A stretch of DNA of 64,000 nucleotides from Octopus vulgaris (taxonomy: Eukaryota), in assembly GCA_951406725.2 (NCBI GenBank), contig OX597818.1:146816001-146880000 (forward strand), read 5' to 3'. Positions within the stretch are counted from its first letter, which is position 1. Every line of letters starts with the position of its first letter. The position numbers were made by a program, and so were the translations under genes. Positions 11,740-25,548 of the stretch are shown here, one piece after another. The notes below the pieces were generated by a model. It saw only the letters and a list, made by a program, of their open reading frames with translations, was not told where the DNA came from and made no database searches.

Positions 11740-13041
11740 AAATTAAAGAAGGAAAATGCACACACTTTACATAGTTTTAATGTATTCTTTAATATATTTT
11801 ATATTGTGTTTGTCGATCGGTTTCACTTTCGCTAATCATGACATTAAAATTATGTTAATTATGTATTTTCTTAAGAAAAAATATTTTGTCCATGTTCTCT
11901 GTGGAGTTTATGAATGAATGATTAAACAAGTAGGAAAATCTAAGGGGAGATAAATGGTGACCATTATTATTGTGGACAGGGGAAATAATTGTCCATCTTT
12001 CAGGGGTTGGGGTGGATATTCACAAAAAATTCAAAAGCTAGAGTAGAATGGAGAAATATGAATTGTGATGGGTATGTAATCGTGAATTTAAATATGTATA
12101 CAGAGCAATGTTGATTATGCGTGTATATTTAGACGTGTTCTGCATTTTTCGATGAATAAATTTTGTTTATTTAAAAGGTTCTTGTATAGAAATTGTCTCT
12201 TTTCACTGGTAGAGAAGGAAAACTGTGAAATTTGGTTTGATGTTACCTGTGCATCTTTCTATGTGTTCACTTAAAGGAATCTGTCTGTATTACGGGAACA
12301 GGATCTGCTCTTTATGTAGAGTTGTTCTCCGTCTCAGTGTCATACTCGTCTGTCCTGTATAGTTATGTCCACAACCCGAGCAGGTTATTACATAAATTAG
12401 ATTCTCACAGGCAAAAGTGAAGTTTGTTTTAATTGTGAACCTCTCTCCTTGTTTGAAAAGGAAATCCGAGCCTTCAAGTAGGTTGGGGCATGTTCCACAG
12501 ATTGGGCATCCACATATTTGAACCGTTGGTTTCGTGGCTGTTGTGTAAAGCTTCGCATTTGTTAGAAGTCTCTTTAGCGTTGGGAATTGAATGTTGCGGT
12601 TTATATCATTTAGTTTTGATTTGAATTCCGAAAGTTTATCAATGGTCTCCTTCCAAATGATAAAACAGTCATCTAGGTATCTTTTTCAGTTTTCTCTTAT
12701 ATACTGGTGAAATTGATAACCATATTTTAGCAGTGACACTTGATATATGGTGAATTCAAAATAACCCATTATTAGGTTCGCAAGAACAGGGGCTGCTTTC
12801 GTTCCCATTGCAATACCGCATTTTTTATGATAGTAGGTGTCATCAAATAGGAAATAATTGTTCTGAAGTATAAATTTTAAAGATTCAATAATAAAACCTG
12901 ATCTATGTGTTACGGAAGTACTTCGGGATACGTTTCCGACCAGAATTTGATTGCTTTTATTCCATAGTCATGTGGGGTGTTGGTGTAAAGATTGATAACA
13001 TATAAAGATGGAAATCAATAATGCCTCTTCATTAATTGTTT

Positions 13042-13045
<4 letters not shown>
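11738..13045 (-). mobile_element. Penelope-like retroelement (Neptune-type), 5'-truncated and decayed: RT, Cys linker, GIY-YIG, pLTR
   Basis: Minus strand: VINLYTNTPHDYGIKAIKFW; GIAMGTKAAPVLANLIMGY; KRYLDDCFIIW; VQICGCPICGTCPNLLEGS; CENLIYVITCSGCGHNYTGQTSMTLRRRTTLHKEQI; both flanks are (TA)n. Confidence 0.9.
11811..11843 (-). ncRNA. Degenerate minimal hammerhead in the Penelope 3' pLTR
   Basis: Reverse complement tgtc-ATGATTA-GC GAAA GT-GAAACCGATC-gaca; stem I tgtc/gaca intact, core mutated. Confidence 0.5.
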
Positions 13046-13106
<61 letters not shown>

Positions 13107-13239
13107 TATATATATATGGTATATATATATGGTATATATATACGAAAGAGGGGCACTCAACACATTAACTGGATTTACATGTATGGATCAAAACTCAATC
13201 AAACTGTTTTGATCCATATGTGTGTAGACAGACTGGTAC

Positions 13240-13261
13240 ATAGATAGACAGACAGACAGGC

Positions 13262-13295
<34 letters not shown>

Positions 13296-13296
13296 G

Positions 13297-13356
<60 letters not shown>

Positions 13357-13397
13357 CAGACAGCCAGGCATACAGGCATACAGACAGACAGACAGAC

Positions 13398-13479
<82 letters not shown>

Positions 13480-13491
13480 AATATAGATAAA

Positions 13492-13522
<31 letters not shown>

Positions 13523-13538
13523 TAGATAGATAGATAGG

Positions 13539-13614
<76 letters not shown>

Positions 13615-13658
13615 CACACATACAGACAAACAGACAGACAGACAGACAGATAGATAGT

Positions 13659-13721
<63 letters not shown>

Positions 13722-13730
13722 AAGATAGAT
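13240..13730. repeat. Compound (GATA)n/(GACA)n array forming the 3' flank of the Tx1 LINE
   Basis: Direct tandem repeat about 490 bp long. Confidence 0.95.
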
Positions 13731-15910
13731 ATGTTTCTTTATTAGCCACACAGGGCTGCACACAGATAGAACAAATTACAAGGTAGAGCTTTTCTTTTGA
13801 AGGTTTAAAAAAAAAAAAAAAAAAAAAAAAAGGAAGGGGGAGTTTCGATCAAAAGGGATCGTAAAAGGAGAGAAAGAGGACAAAAAAAAGGGGGGTTAAA
13901 AAAAAGGGGGAGAGGAAAAAAAATTGATCAATAGGGATCGTTATCACAGAAATGTCAATATGAAGTGTAAAGGGGAGGACAGGTGAGGTTTACCCGTGGA
14001 AAGAAAAGCCTACGGAAAAGACCACGGTAACCTCGGTCAATGAAGTCACATTTTATATTTCTTTTTTTTTTTTTTTTTTTGCAAATAAGCAACTCTCTGT
14101 TTTCGATTTCTGGGTTCATAGGACTATGCTCAAGGTGGCTTCGTCATTCATACGTGCCATTCTTGCTACATTCACCCATCTTTTTTAAAACATTCGCTAG
14201 ACAAAACTTGCCTCTCTACTCTCACTTTCCTTTTCAAGTGGTACTTGAAGAAGTTGATGAGAGATTGACCAGAGAGGAAAGTGTTTGTCTCCAATCCTTT
14301 CAGACGCGTCCACCAGATACATTCTTTCGCCATAGCCACAAGGATGATGAAAATAGCTCTTCCTTCCCGTTTGAAGGAAGGAGGCGTGACAATATTGACG
14401 ATAGACTCAGCTGATAAACCGACTCGTCCCACACGTGACAGCAGTTGTTCGACATAAGCCCACAGGTCGGAAATTGTTGGGCACTGAACGAGTGCGTGCA
14501 GAACGGTTTCGTCGCTCTGACCGCATCTCGGGCAGGTCGGCCCCGTGTTTCTCGAGCCGTGTCTGTAGAGCTTATCCCGAACGGGTAGCGCTTCTCGGTA
14601 GCACTGCCAGGCCAGGGATCTCTGGAAGTTGTCCATGGGCCCTGGCCCGAAGGTCGTCCTGAACAGGCGGGTCAGGTACTCCTCGTCGACGTCCAGGTTC
14701 GCCCCGAGTTCGTCGTCGTACCTCCCCTCCACTAAACCCCTATAGAATGCTTTGGTTGTGTTGAAGTCACTTAAGGTCGACCCAGGACGGCAGAGTTGCT
14801 TGAGAGCAACGCGACACTCGCGGTGCCATTCGCCCTTCCTCGGCCTCTTTTTGATCCACGACTGCAGTTCGGTCATGGAGACGAGCTGCGGGAAAGCGTG
14901 CCTCACAAACGGCGACCACACCTGTTCACCGTCGTCTACATAGAGCCAGAGATGCCGCAGTCTCAGCGCGTGTCTGCGCATCATCAACCACGGCATGCCC
15001 AGCCCTCCTTTTAACGGGTGTTGACAGCAAATGGATCGCCTGACCATCGGGACGCATCCTTTCCACAAGAAGCGAAAGAGGATGCGTTGTAGTTTGGTGA
15101 TGGTAGGGTCGGGACAAGGTACGACGGTCAGGCGGTAGTAGATGACGGACGCGATGTACGTGTTCGCCACCTCCGCTCGACCTTTTAGGGACAGTTTCCT
15201 CTCGGCCCATTGCCGGGCGAGAGTGACCACCCTACTCGTTATCTCGTTCCAGTTCTTCTCCACTTGGAGGTCCGGACCAAACCAGACCCCGAGCAACTCA
15301 ACCGGGCCGTCGGTCCAGCGTCCCACGACGGAGGCGCTGGTGGACGGCATGGGCTTGCTTCTCCAGGTGCCTAGTCGCAAGCCCACTGACTTTTCCCGGT
15401 TGATTTTCGCTCCTGTCACCGCTTCGTAGTTTTTCAGTGTCTCGCCGACCAGCTCGATGTGCTCGTGGCTAGACACTATGACGGTGACGTCGTCCGCGTA
15501 TGCAGACACGCTCGTCCCGTATCCCAATTCTCGCGGGATGCCCCTTAGAGTCGCCAGCTTCCGCAGTAGTGGCTCAAGAGTCAATACGTATAGAAGCGCC
15601 GAGAGGGGGCATCCCTGACGGACCGAACGTGCAATGTCGAAAGGTCTCGATAGATGTCCATTTACGCGAATTACCGAACGGATGCCTCTGTACAAGGCAG
15701 CTATCCATCCGCGGAAAACGGGACCGAAACCAGCCGCTCTCAGGACTGCCCCTAAGTATCGATGGTCTACCCTATCAAAGGCTTTCGATTGATCCAAGTT
15801 GATCAGGGCCCCACCCATGCCAGGTTCGTTAACTACCCTGTCTATGATGTAGCGCATCAGATGGAGGTTGTCATGGATGGTCCGGCCTGGCACGGCGCAT
15901 GTTTGCGCCT
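13731..15910 (-). mobile_element. Tx1/L1-clade non-LTR retrotransposon, 5'-truncated within RT, apparently young
   Basis: ORF2 motifs QTCAVPGRTIHDN, LDQSKAFDRVDH, VRQGCPLS, AYADD, GGLG, CPRC...ETVLHALVQC; pyrimidine-rich 3'UTR ending in a stem-loop + AATAAA followed by (TATC)n. Confidence 0.92.
14172..15893 (-). CDS. Tx1-like ORF2 fragment (reverse transcriptase + C-terminal CCHC knuckle); no true start codon
   Basis: 573-codon uninterrupted ORF, more GC-rich than the flanks; the frame stays open upstream to the truncation point near 15910. Confidence 0.85.
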   Translation of the reverse strand: MPGRTIHDNLHLMRYIIDRVVNEPGMGGALINLDQSKAFDRVDHRYLGAVLRAAGFGPVFRGWIAALYRGIRSVIRVNGHLSRPFDIARSVRQGCPLSALLYVLTLEPLLRKLATLRGIPRELGYGTSVSAYADDVTVIVSSHEHIELVGETLKNYEAVTGAKINREKSVGLRLGTWRSKPMPSTSASVVGRWTDGPVELLGVWFGPDLQVEKNWNEITSRVVTLARQWAERKLSLKGRAEVANTYIASVIYYRLTVVPCPDPTITKLQRILFRFLWKGCVPMVRRSICCQHPLKGGLGMPWLMMRRHALRLRHLWLYVDDGEQVWSPFVRHAFPQLVSMTELQSWIKKRPRKGEWHRECRVALKQLCRPGSTLSDFNTTKAFYRGLVEGRYDDELGANLDVDEEYLTRLFRTTFGPGPMDNFQRSLAWQCYREALPVRDKLYRHGSRNTGPTCPRCGQSDETVLHALVQCPTISDLWAYVEQLLSRVGRVGLSAESIVNIVTPPSFKREGRAIFIILVAMAKECIWWTRLKGLETNTFLSGQSLINFFKYHLKRKVRVERQVLSSECFKKDG

Positions 15911-16289
15911 TAGAAGGGGATCTATGTAAGGATCAACGCATATCAAAGTGAAGCACACCCCATTTGATGGCCAGACAAAATAACACAAATCAACAGAAGT
16001 AACCATAGATCATATACATATCGTTAAACTTGCTAATCTAACGACATAGCCAATATTGAACAACGTACGACTGATCGATAGTGTGGAGGATTATTGTATT
16101 GTAATGAATTACATGTTACGACATAACAAAATCTCGTAATGAAACATTGTAGAGAGACCATATAATCCATAAAATACAGATCGTATCATCCATTAGATGG
16201 TCTGTGTTGTTATAGGTTATCGTCCTCACAGCGACATTTCTCTTCTCAGTATTTGTGACTTACCAGATAAAAGAACTTTTCTGAACTAC

Positions 16290-16862
16290 TCTAGGGACGG
16301 TAAGCCAGGGATCAGTCTCAATTACTTTTCAATTCCTTTCTTGATCAATCTTAATCCTCCTATAATCACTGATATTTTAACCACCTTGAAATACCACATT
16401 TTTTTTTTTCGAAGAGCAAATATTTATATCTTCGGAGCTTGTCGAATGATTTTCCCACAATATCATGGTCACAAGAAATACTCATATTGATCAATACAGA
16501 GACTTTATTATTTTGGTCTTTTACAATATCCGGTTTATAAGCTTTAATGTTTCTGTCTGTGTGCACAGGAAAGTCCCATAGAATTGTTATAGTTTCTCTT
16601 CCAGTTACAGCCTCAGGCAGATACTTATATCATTTCTCAACGGCTTTCATTTCATAATGCCGACATATTAACCAGTATAGATCAACGTTGTAATGTTTTG
16701 ATTTATACTCCACTGGGGCTAAAACTTTACACCCAGAGATTAAGTGCTCAACTTTTTCACTCTCCTCATGGCAGAATCAGCACTTTAGATCTACTACGTT
16801 TTTCATCATAATGGCTTGGGTCAATAAGTTTTGATCTAAAGTAGCTAAGATGAAGCCTTTAC
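16290..16862 (-). mobile_element. R4/Dong-clade LINE fragment (RLE domain), decayed
   Basis: Minus strand: GFILATLDQNL...FCHEESEKVEHLISGCKVLAPVEYK...ILWDFPVHTDRNIKAYKPDIV; adjoins (TTC)n(TTA)n at 16863-16953. Confidence 0.8.
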
Positions 16863-16865
16863 TTC

Positions 16866-16954
<89 letters not shown>

Positions 16955-16955
<1 letters not shown>

Positions 16956-17140
16956 CGGGCGAAATGCTTAGTGGTATTTCGTCTGCCGCTACGTTCTGAG
17001 TTCAAATTCTGCCAAGGTCGACATTGCCTTTTATCATTTCGGGGTCGATAAATTAAGTAGAAGCTGCGTACTGGGGTCGAACTAATCGACTGGTTCCCTC
17101 CTCCAAAATTTCGGGCCTTGTGCCTAGAGTAGAAAACATT
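16955..17140 (+). mobile_element. tRNA-derived SINE family A, tail type ii, ending in (ATT)n
   Basis: gttctgagttcaaattc B box; central gcctttcatcctttcggggtcgataaattaagtaccag-like domain; tail aaaatttcgggccttgtgcctagagtagaaa. Confidence 0.8.
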
Positions 17141-17155
17141 ATTATTATTATTATT

Positions 17156-17194
<39 letters not shown>

Positions 17195-17238
17195 GCTATT
17201 GTTGTTGTTGTTGTTGCTGTTGTTGTTGTTGTTGTTGC

Positions 17239-17278
<40 letters not shown>

Positions 17279-17324
17279 GCTGCTGCTGCTGCTGCTGTTG
17301 TTGTTGTTGTTGTTGTTGTTATTA

Positions 17325-17505
17325 TACCGCTAGCGGCATTTCGTCTGCCGCTACGTTCTGAGTTCAAATTCCGCCGAGGTCTACTTTGCTTTCATCCTTT
17401 CGGAGTCGATAAATTAAGTACCAGAGAAACACTGGGGTCGATGTAGTCGACTAGTCCCTTCCCCTAAAATTTCAGGCATTGTGCCTTTTGTAGAAAGGAT
17501 TAATA
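17325..17505 (+). mobile_element. SINE family A, tail type ii
   Basis: Same motifs as 16955-17140. Confidence 0.8.
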
Positions 17506-17524
17506 TTATTTATTTTTTTTAATT

Positions 17525-18690
17525 ATCACAGGTTTTGTTGGTGCTCCTGGAGTTTTGCATGCGTAGTGGGCTTGTTACTTACATCCTACGGAACCATGCT
17601 ATCCGTTCTTTTCAGCTATCTAACATTTTCCTGATCATTCTGGCCGTGCCAACAAGACAAACCTTTAGTAACAGTTCTACTGGGCACTCTATTCCAATTT
17701 CCTTTATATTCCTCTTGATGCCTTCAGACCCATCAATAATTGACACTATCTTCACCTTCTTCATTTTCTATATTCCGGTTATTTCGTACTTAAGAGTATT
17801 GTATTTATTTTCGCCTTCCTTCTTGACTATTCGTATGTCAAAGGGACATGCAACATCAATTATAGAGCTCATGTGGTGCACCTTGTCCACCATCACTTGG
17901 TATGCTCAAGCAACTGATCTGTTTGGATTGGAAAATCCCAGAATATTTTACAAGTCTCCGACTCCACCAACGTCTGCGGTTTCTGCTCATACCACGTCTT
18001 GCCTCTCCCTTACCTCCCACTTTTCGCACAGTTTCCAATGTAGCACTTTCGCTACCTGATCGCGTCGCCACAACTTTTAGTGGTTTTGGGCAAGTCTAGG
18101 GCATTTGTTCATGACATGGGCAATGGTTTCATCCACTCTATTGCAGATGCGGCACAGCGGAGACCCTTGCTCATTCCTCAGGCTGACCCTCTAGTTCGTG
18201 ACCAAAGCTTGGTCTTGCACTACCAGTATTGTGCTCTCGGTCTCATTTTTTTTAGTGTTCCTTTCATCAGCCAATCCCACCTATTTTTCCAGCAACTTCT
18301 CTTGTGGCTACATGCAATTGGCTGTGTAGTCCCTTCTTGCGTCAGATTTTATACAATGTTGTTAAGAAACTTATGGCTCTGTAACTTTTTTAGTTCGTTT
18401 GTTGCTTCATTTTTTGGAAGTCAGAATGTTACACCATAAACTGGCCAAGAGGGAATCATACTAGTTTGTTACAAAAACATTGTTGCAAATTTTTGTTAGC
18501 AGTCATGGTTCTCTGGGAAGGCATTCAACCAGAAGTTAGGAATTTTATCCTTTCCTGGAGACTTCCATTTCCTTGACTTCCTGAGAGCAGATCTTACATC
18601 CTCTACCTTGACACGCTCCCACCTTTGCTCTTCTGGAGAATCTAAGTCTGTAGATATTCTATCAATCCAAGGGCTCTTTTCATTGTGTTT
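17525..18690 (-). mobile_element. R4/Dong-clade LINE relic with internal deletion (RT N-terminus joined to CCHC/RLE region and 3' end)
   Basis: Minus strand: VRSALRKSRKWKSPGKDKIPNFWLNAF, then WLMKGTLK...VVQDQALVTN...PLCRICNRVDETIAHVMNKCPRL...VAKVLHWKLCEKW; abuts the (TTA)n array. Confidence 0.82.
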
Positions 18691-19134
<444 letters not shown>

Positions 19135-19988
19135 TCTTCAGTAGAATACACGTGACCATATAAATTTGGTTTATTGAATTATAGTTTTAATGGAGAAAAA
19201 TAAAGAATATGTTTGCAGCCTACCAAATGCAATAGATGTAATAGATACGAGTTTAATTGGTTCAGGATAACAGATGAAATTTATCATATCCACAAATATC
19301 TTCATAGATTATCTTATAATACTGTGTAGCGTCAGACGAAATTGGTTTTTACCTCATTTGTTTGTTATTGGAGTAGGGGGTTTTGTATGTTTTTTCTTCG
19401 GTTTTTTTTTTTTTTTTGCTTTTTATTAGCGATTTTCTGCTGTATGTTTCCTTGTATTTTGTTGGCATTAATTACCATGACATGTTCAGCGCTTGTATTC
19501 CAACAACTCTATCAACACCACCAACATCACTACTATTACCATTGCTATGCACGCTGCCATGAACACTACAACTACTACTGTCAACGACGAAATAAATAGA
19601 TAAATAAATGAATAAATAACAGATCTGCTGTTGCAGATGTAAAGACCAAAATCTTATTGCTGCGTACGATTCACATCTTCCGATTTTAATAAGTAAATTA
19701 ACGTTAGCGAGACATCAATCTGATACAGAATCCTATGCAATATGGCGGAGGGGAAGACTGGGCGCTGGCTTTGGTTCTAGGCGCATTTCTATAGATTCAA
19801 TTCCAGCACTTGTATGAGATTTGTGTGTGCGTGTGTATGCGTGTGTATGTGTGTGTGTGTGTATGTGTGTGTCCGTGTGTGCATGTGTGTTTGCGTGTAT
19901 GTATGTGTGTGTACTCAAATATATATACATACAGAAAGACAGACAAACAGACAGACAGAGAAAGGAAGGAAGGAAGGAAGGAAGGAAA

Positions 19989-20021
<33 letters not shown>

Positions 20022-20039
20022 AAAAATAGGGAGAAGTGC

Positions 20040-20285
20040 ATACATACATACATACATACACACATACATACACACATACATACATACATACATACATACA
20101 TACATACATACATACATACACACATACATACATACATACATACATACATACATACATACATACATACATACATACATACATACATACATACATACATACA
20201 TACATACATACATACATACATAAACATACATACATACATACATACATACATAAATACATACATACATACATACATACATACATAA
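20040..20285. repeat. (TACA)n microsatellite
   Basis: Direct tandem repeat. Confidence 0.95.
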
Positions 20286-20413
20286 ATACATAATACATAT
20301 ATTTACGTAAGTATACACGCGTATATATATATACACACACGTCATATATTTAGATATAAAAAAAAGTAAGATTTTTTATATATATATATATGCATACACA
20401 TATACATACATAC

Positions 20414-20465
<52 letters not shown>

Positions 20466-20742
20466 TCTTTACTTTTATATGTATATATGCGTATATACAC
20501 GCACATACCCACATACACACATATACAAATACGTGTATATGCACGTGCGTGTCCATGTGTGTGTGTGTTATGCATACATGTATATATATCGTGGGTTCTC
20601 AGTCAACTTGATCTTGACAATAAATCTGACTCAGCTCTCAGCAAAGATTCATATCAACATTAATTGTTCCGTTGTTATTCTTAAATTTGTTTTAAAATAC
20701 TATTCTTATTTTAACATTTACGCATGTGTGTATGTGTGTGCA

Positions 20743-20784
<42 letters not shown>

Positions 20785-21426
20785 GATAGATATCCAACGG
20801 GTGAAAAGCGTATAATAGATGAATACCTGATTAGTGTTCGAACTAGACCAGATTATTAAAATCCAACCTCATAAATAGTTACGCGAAACAAGAGCTGACT
20901 ATAAAAAAACGTTGACCTCGAGTAATAAAGAAATATAGGATGGAAAAGTACGTATAAGTGGCATTATATCATTTATATAATTAATAAAAGATGTTGCATA
21001 AGCGTAACAACAGGTATATTTAGTGAAGAAAGATATAAGCTTTTAAATTTCTTTACAGCTGTTTCAACAACGCAGCTATTTGTTGATGTAATAATGTGTA
21101 TTAAGCAAACAAGTGCACATACTGATACCATAATACAAGTAGAAATTATTAACAACAAGTGAACGTGATAATATGATCGAGCTGGAAGCGTGGAGATGCT
21201 GAATTTTTTTTTAAGAATAGTCTAATAATTGTAATAAGGATGGTGTAAATGTGAGTAGTAGCAATATTAACCGTACTTATAGAAACTGCAGCGAATCTCG
21301 CTTTAAGAGCCCTCGAAATTATGACCTGGCTACACTCGAAAGTAAGATTACAAATAATTATAGAAATAAGAGTTTACCTGAGAATTATTCTATCAACATT
21401 GGCACAACTACGACTACTACTACTAC

Positions 21427-21467
<41 letters not shown>

Positions 21468-23029
21468 TTAATAATAATAATAATAATAATAACAACAACA
21501 ACAACAACAACAAAAATATTAATAATTAGTATAACAATCAAGGACTGTTTTATTCATGTAAATATTAATAATAGCAATGACAATGATCATAACAATAATA
21601 ATTGAATGAGTAGTATTGATAATAGAATTGATATTCTGTGGAATAGGAATGGTAATTTAACACATGACACAAATAATTGTAATTTCAGAGTAGCCAACAA
21701 TTACCCTTTTGATGGTTACTGCTTGCAATAGAATATCCTTTATTGATGTGCTGTTTATGCTGGGCACCAAAATTCAACGAAAGTACACCCGGGGTCTTCC
21801 ACTGATTTCAAGAAACGACACTTGCTTCATATCAGTTCATTTTCTAATATTATCCACAAATCTCCCACCTAGTTAGTAAATTATATCCATAACTTTAAGG
21901 CTAATAACATTTCCTATAATATTACCTGGTCTATTATTAGGGTAGGAAGACCTTACGAAGCTGACTACATTGCATGCAATCTGTGCAACAAGGTAGTTCT
22001 GAGAATATTACGCAAGAATAGAAATCTCCATAACAGACAACCTGAAGCAATTACATTCTGTAGACATTGATTTTTTTTAAAGTTTGCATTTTACCATAGA
22101 TCAATATACTTCAACCGTCTTCGGTAGCTATTAACCTGTATTTTTACTTAATATCCTCATTCTAGATTTTATATATCTTTCTTCACCTATTTATATGTAG
22201 ATACCGAGTCTCTTAGAACTATGACATACCTTTATTTTTATGATAATGTCTTTAAAACTGTTTATAGTTATGTAATTATCTCTTTTACAGTCCCTCCATT
22301 ATACATTTTCTAATTTAAATTTTATTCTTCATTTTATCTTCCTATTCATTATTTTATTGTCTTTGTCTTTATATTTCTTTACAGTTTCATTGTGACTCCT
22401 GCCTTGTCTGCTCTATGCGCTTCGTTCTTTATACTGTACGAAGGACGTCATAAGGTCATCTGCCTCTCGCTTATCACCGAATCTCTAGCTGCTCTCCTTT
22501 TTCGCTTTTTCTTTTTTTGTTCCTCCTTTTAATAAATCCTATATTTTTCTCAAACTTAGATTTAACCCCTTCATCTTTCTCTTTTATTTTTCTTTCCTCT
22601 TTCATGCTTATCTTCACTCTGTCTTTCTCTCTCTCTCTCACTCTCTCTCTCTCTCCATCTCTCTCTTCCTCTCTCTCTCTCTCTCTCTCTCACTCTCTCT
22701 CTCTCTTTCACACACACACACTTTTACTTGAGCCATATCGTTCTTGATCTCACAATCTTTCTTTCTATAGCTCTTTCCAACTTATAATCGCTAATTCTAC
22801 TTTTCCTCTGTCTTTTTAATGATCTTTCTTTGCCCTTAAATATATGTCTACTACTAAAAAAAATAGCATTTGCCACTACTTCTGAAGAAAAAATGTCGGC
22901 ATCTCAGCATTTCCATTGATCATATTGATACCTCACGCTTATGTGTAGATAATAATGTCCACTTGTTCGGTGTGTATTATTGTATCAGTATGGTTAGTAC
23001 ACATTACTCCATAAAGAACATACTCCGTA

Positions 23030-23256
23030 AGGATCATAAGACTGGTTTCCCAGTTTCTCTGGGGTATATATTCCTCCCTGGACGGGATGCTAGTCCGTCA
23101 CAAGGTTACTCACTTTTACCAGCTAAGTGCACTGGAACAACATGAAATAAAATGTTTACTCAAGAACACAACGCAACACACCTCCAGGAATCGAAACCAT
23201 AGTCTTACGAGCATGAATCCAACACCCTAACCACTAAGCCACGCGCATCCACATTG
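23030..23256 (-). mobile_element. tRNA-derived SINE family C; related copies about 46325-46600 (+), 58370-58505 (-), 60805-61075 (+)
   Basis: Reverse complement gcgcgtggcttagtggttagggtgttgga...gtttcgattcctgg (A and B boxes) followed by gtgttcttgagtaaacatttt (CORE-like). Confidence 0.7.
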
Positions 23257-23608
23257 CCTCAGTATGCATGCCCAAAAGTCGCTGGATTTTCTTAAACAGA
23301 TGTACAGAAATTTCAACAATACATTTTTTTCGCGAAATAATTCAGTAGTTACATTTATGAAGTATTTATTATAAATGATACAAATTATATAATGCCATAC
23401 ATGCTTGTTTACCTTTTATCTCTTTATTACACGCTCGAACTACACATTTCTTCAAGCCAAATCTTGTTTCACGGAACTATTTCTACCATGATAAGGAGAT
23501 AGGATTTTAAGAATCTGTCCATTTTGAGCATTAATTCAGTTTCTATGTTACACGCTTCGCTTACAATAGCATCTTCTCACTCATTGGATACATATAAATG
23601 TGTGTGTG

Positions 23609-23680
<72 letters not shown>

Positions 23681-23770
23681 TATACATATATATACATAAA
23701 TAGAGATAGATACAAGGAGAGAAAAAAATGCGTGTTGGAGCTAACGATCTATCATGGCGTTCTGAGATAG

Positions 23771-23836
<66 letters not shown>

Positions 23837-24199
23837 TGCGTGTGTGAGTGTGTAATTAAAAGATTTGATTTTGCCAAGCAAAGTATACTTATTTTATCTT
23901 TTGGTCTTGTTAGTCGTGTCCCGCAAGGCAAAATCAAATTCTTGATACGTAATCCCGTTTCACTCCCTGGTTATGCTTTGTTTTGTTTTTGCTTTATTTT
24001 GCTTTTTGTTGTTCTTTTCTCTTTGTACTGTTTCTTTTGCTTAGTCTGCGCCCGGTCTTTCCGAGCCCTTCGAGGCGAGCGAAATCGATGCTGTCAATGT
24101 TCTGTTTATACTATTACTAGTCAACTCCTATTGGGACTATTATAGTAGTAGCGATAGAAAAGATAAAGAGAAGGGACAATACACCCAAGGGCGGAAGGT

Positions 24200-24300
24200 T
24201 AGAGCATGTTTGTTAGTGATTTAGTACCAGTCTGAAGAGTGGCTCTTCACTGATGCAATCTAGGTCGCACAAGTGTTTCTTCGAGTGGATCCACTCCAAA
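24200..24300 (+). repeat. ~100-bp unclassified repeat, second copy at 26544-26645
   Basis: tagagcatg...tagtgattta.taccagtc...ctc..cactgatgcaatc...gtttcttcgagtg...caaac is shared. Confidence 0.7.
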
Positions 24301-24738
24301 CAAATAACCCAAGTGTTTCCTACCATCATAAACAAAATATTAACCCGGCGATGGATTAGCATAACCGTTAGAACATCAGACAGAACGCCCAGTGATATTT
24401 GAGGCGAGGCACTTGACGCTCTGAGTTCGAATTTCGCTAATGTTTACTTGACTTGTCATCGTTCTGCGGGCGCCGAAACGAAGTAGCAGCCCAGTACTAA
24501 GGCTCCTCTTCTAATCGACTGTCCCTACCCACAAAACTTGCAGTCCAGTGTCTATATGAAATGAAAAGTCTCGACATGGCCCTCACATCGGTACTAAGAA
24601 TCTCTCGGAAGGAAAGGACGAAGCGAGCGTAAAACCATACTTCAACCACAATATTATGACTAGTAGTAGTAGTTGTTGTTGTTGTTGTTGTTGTAGTTGT
24701 AGTAGTAGTAGTAGTAGTAGTAGTAGTTTAGTCAGAAG

Positions 24739-25548
<810 letters not shown>

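Noticed and set aside
13188-13763. Long IYLS-repeat ORFs, and similar MYVC/HTYI ORFs at 1813-2687, 19733-20345 and 39100-39765
   Set aside because: Tetranucleotide microsatellite artefacts
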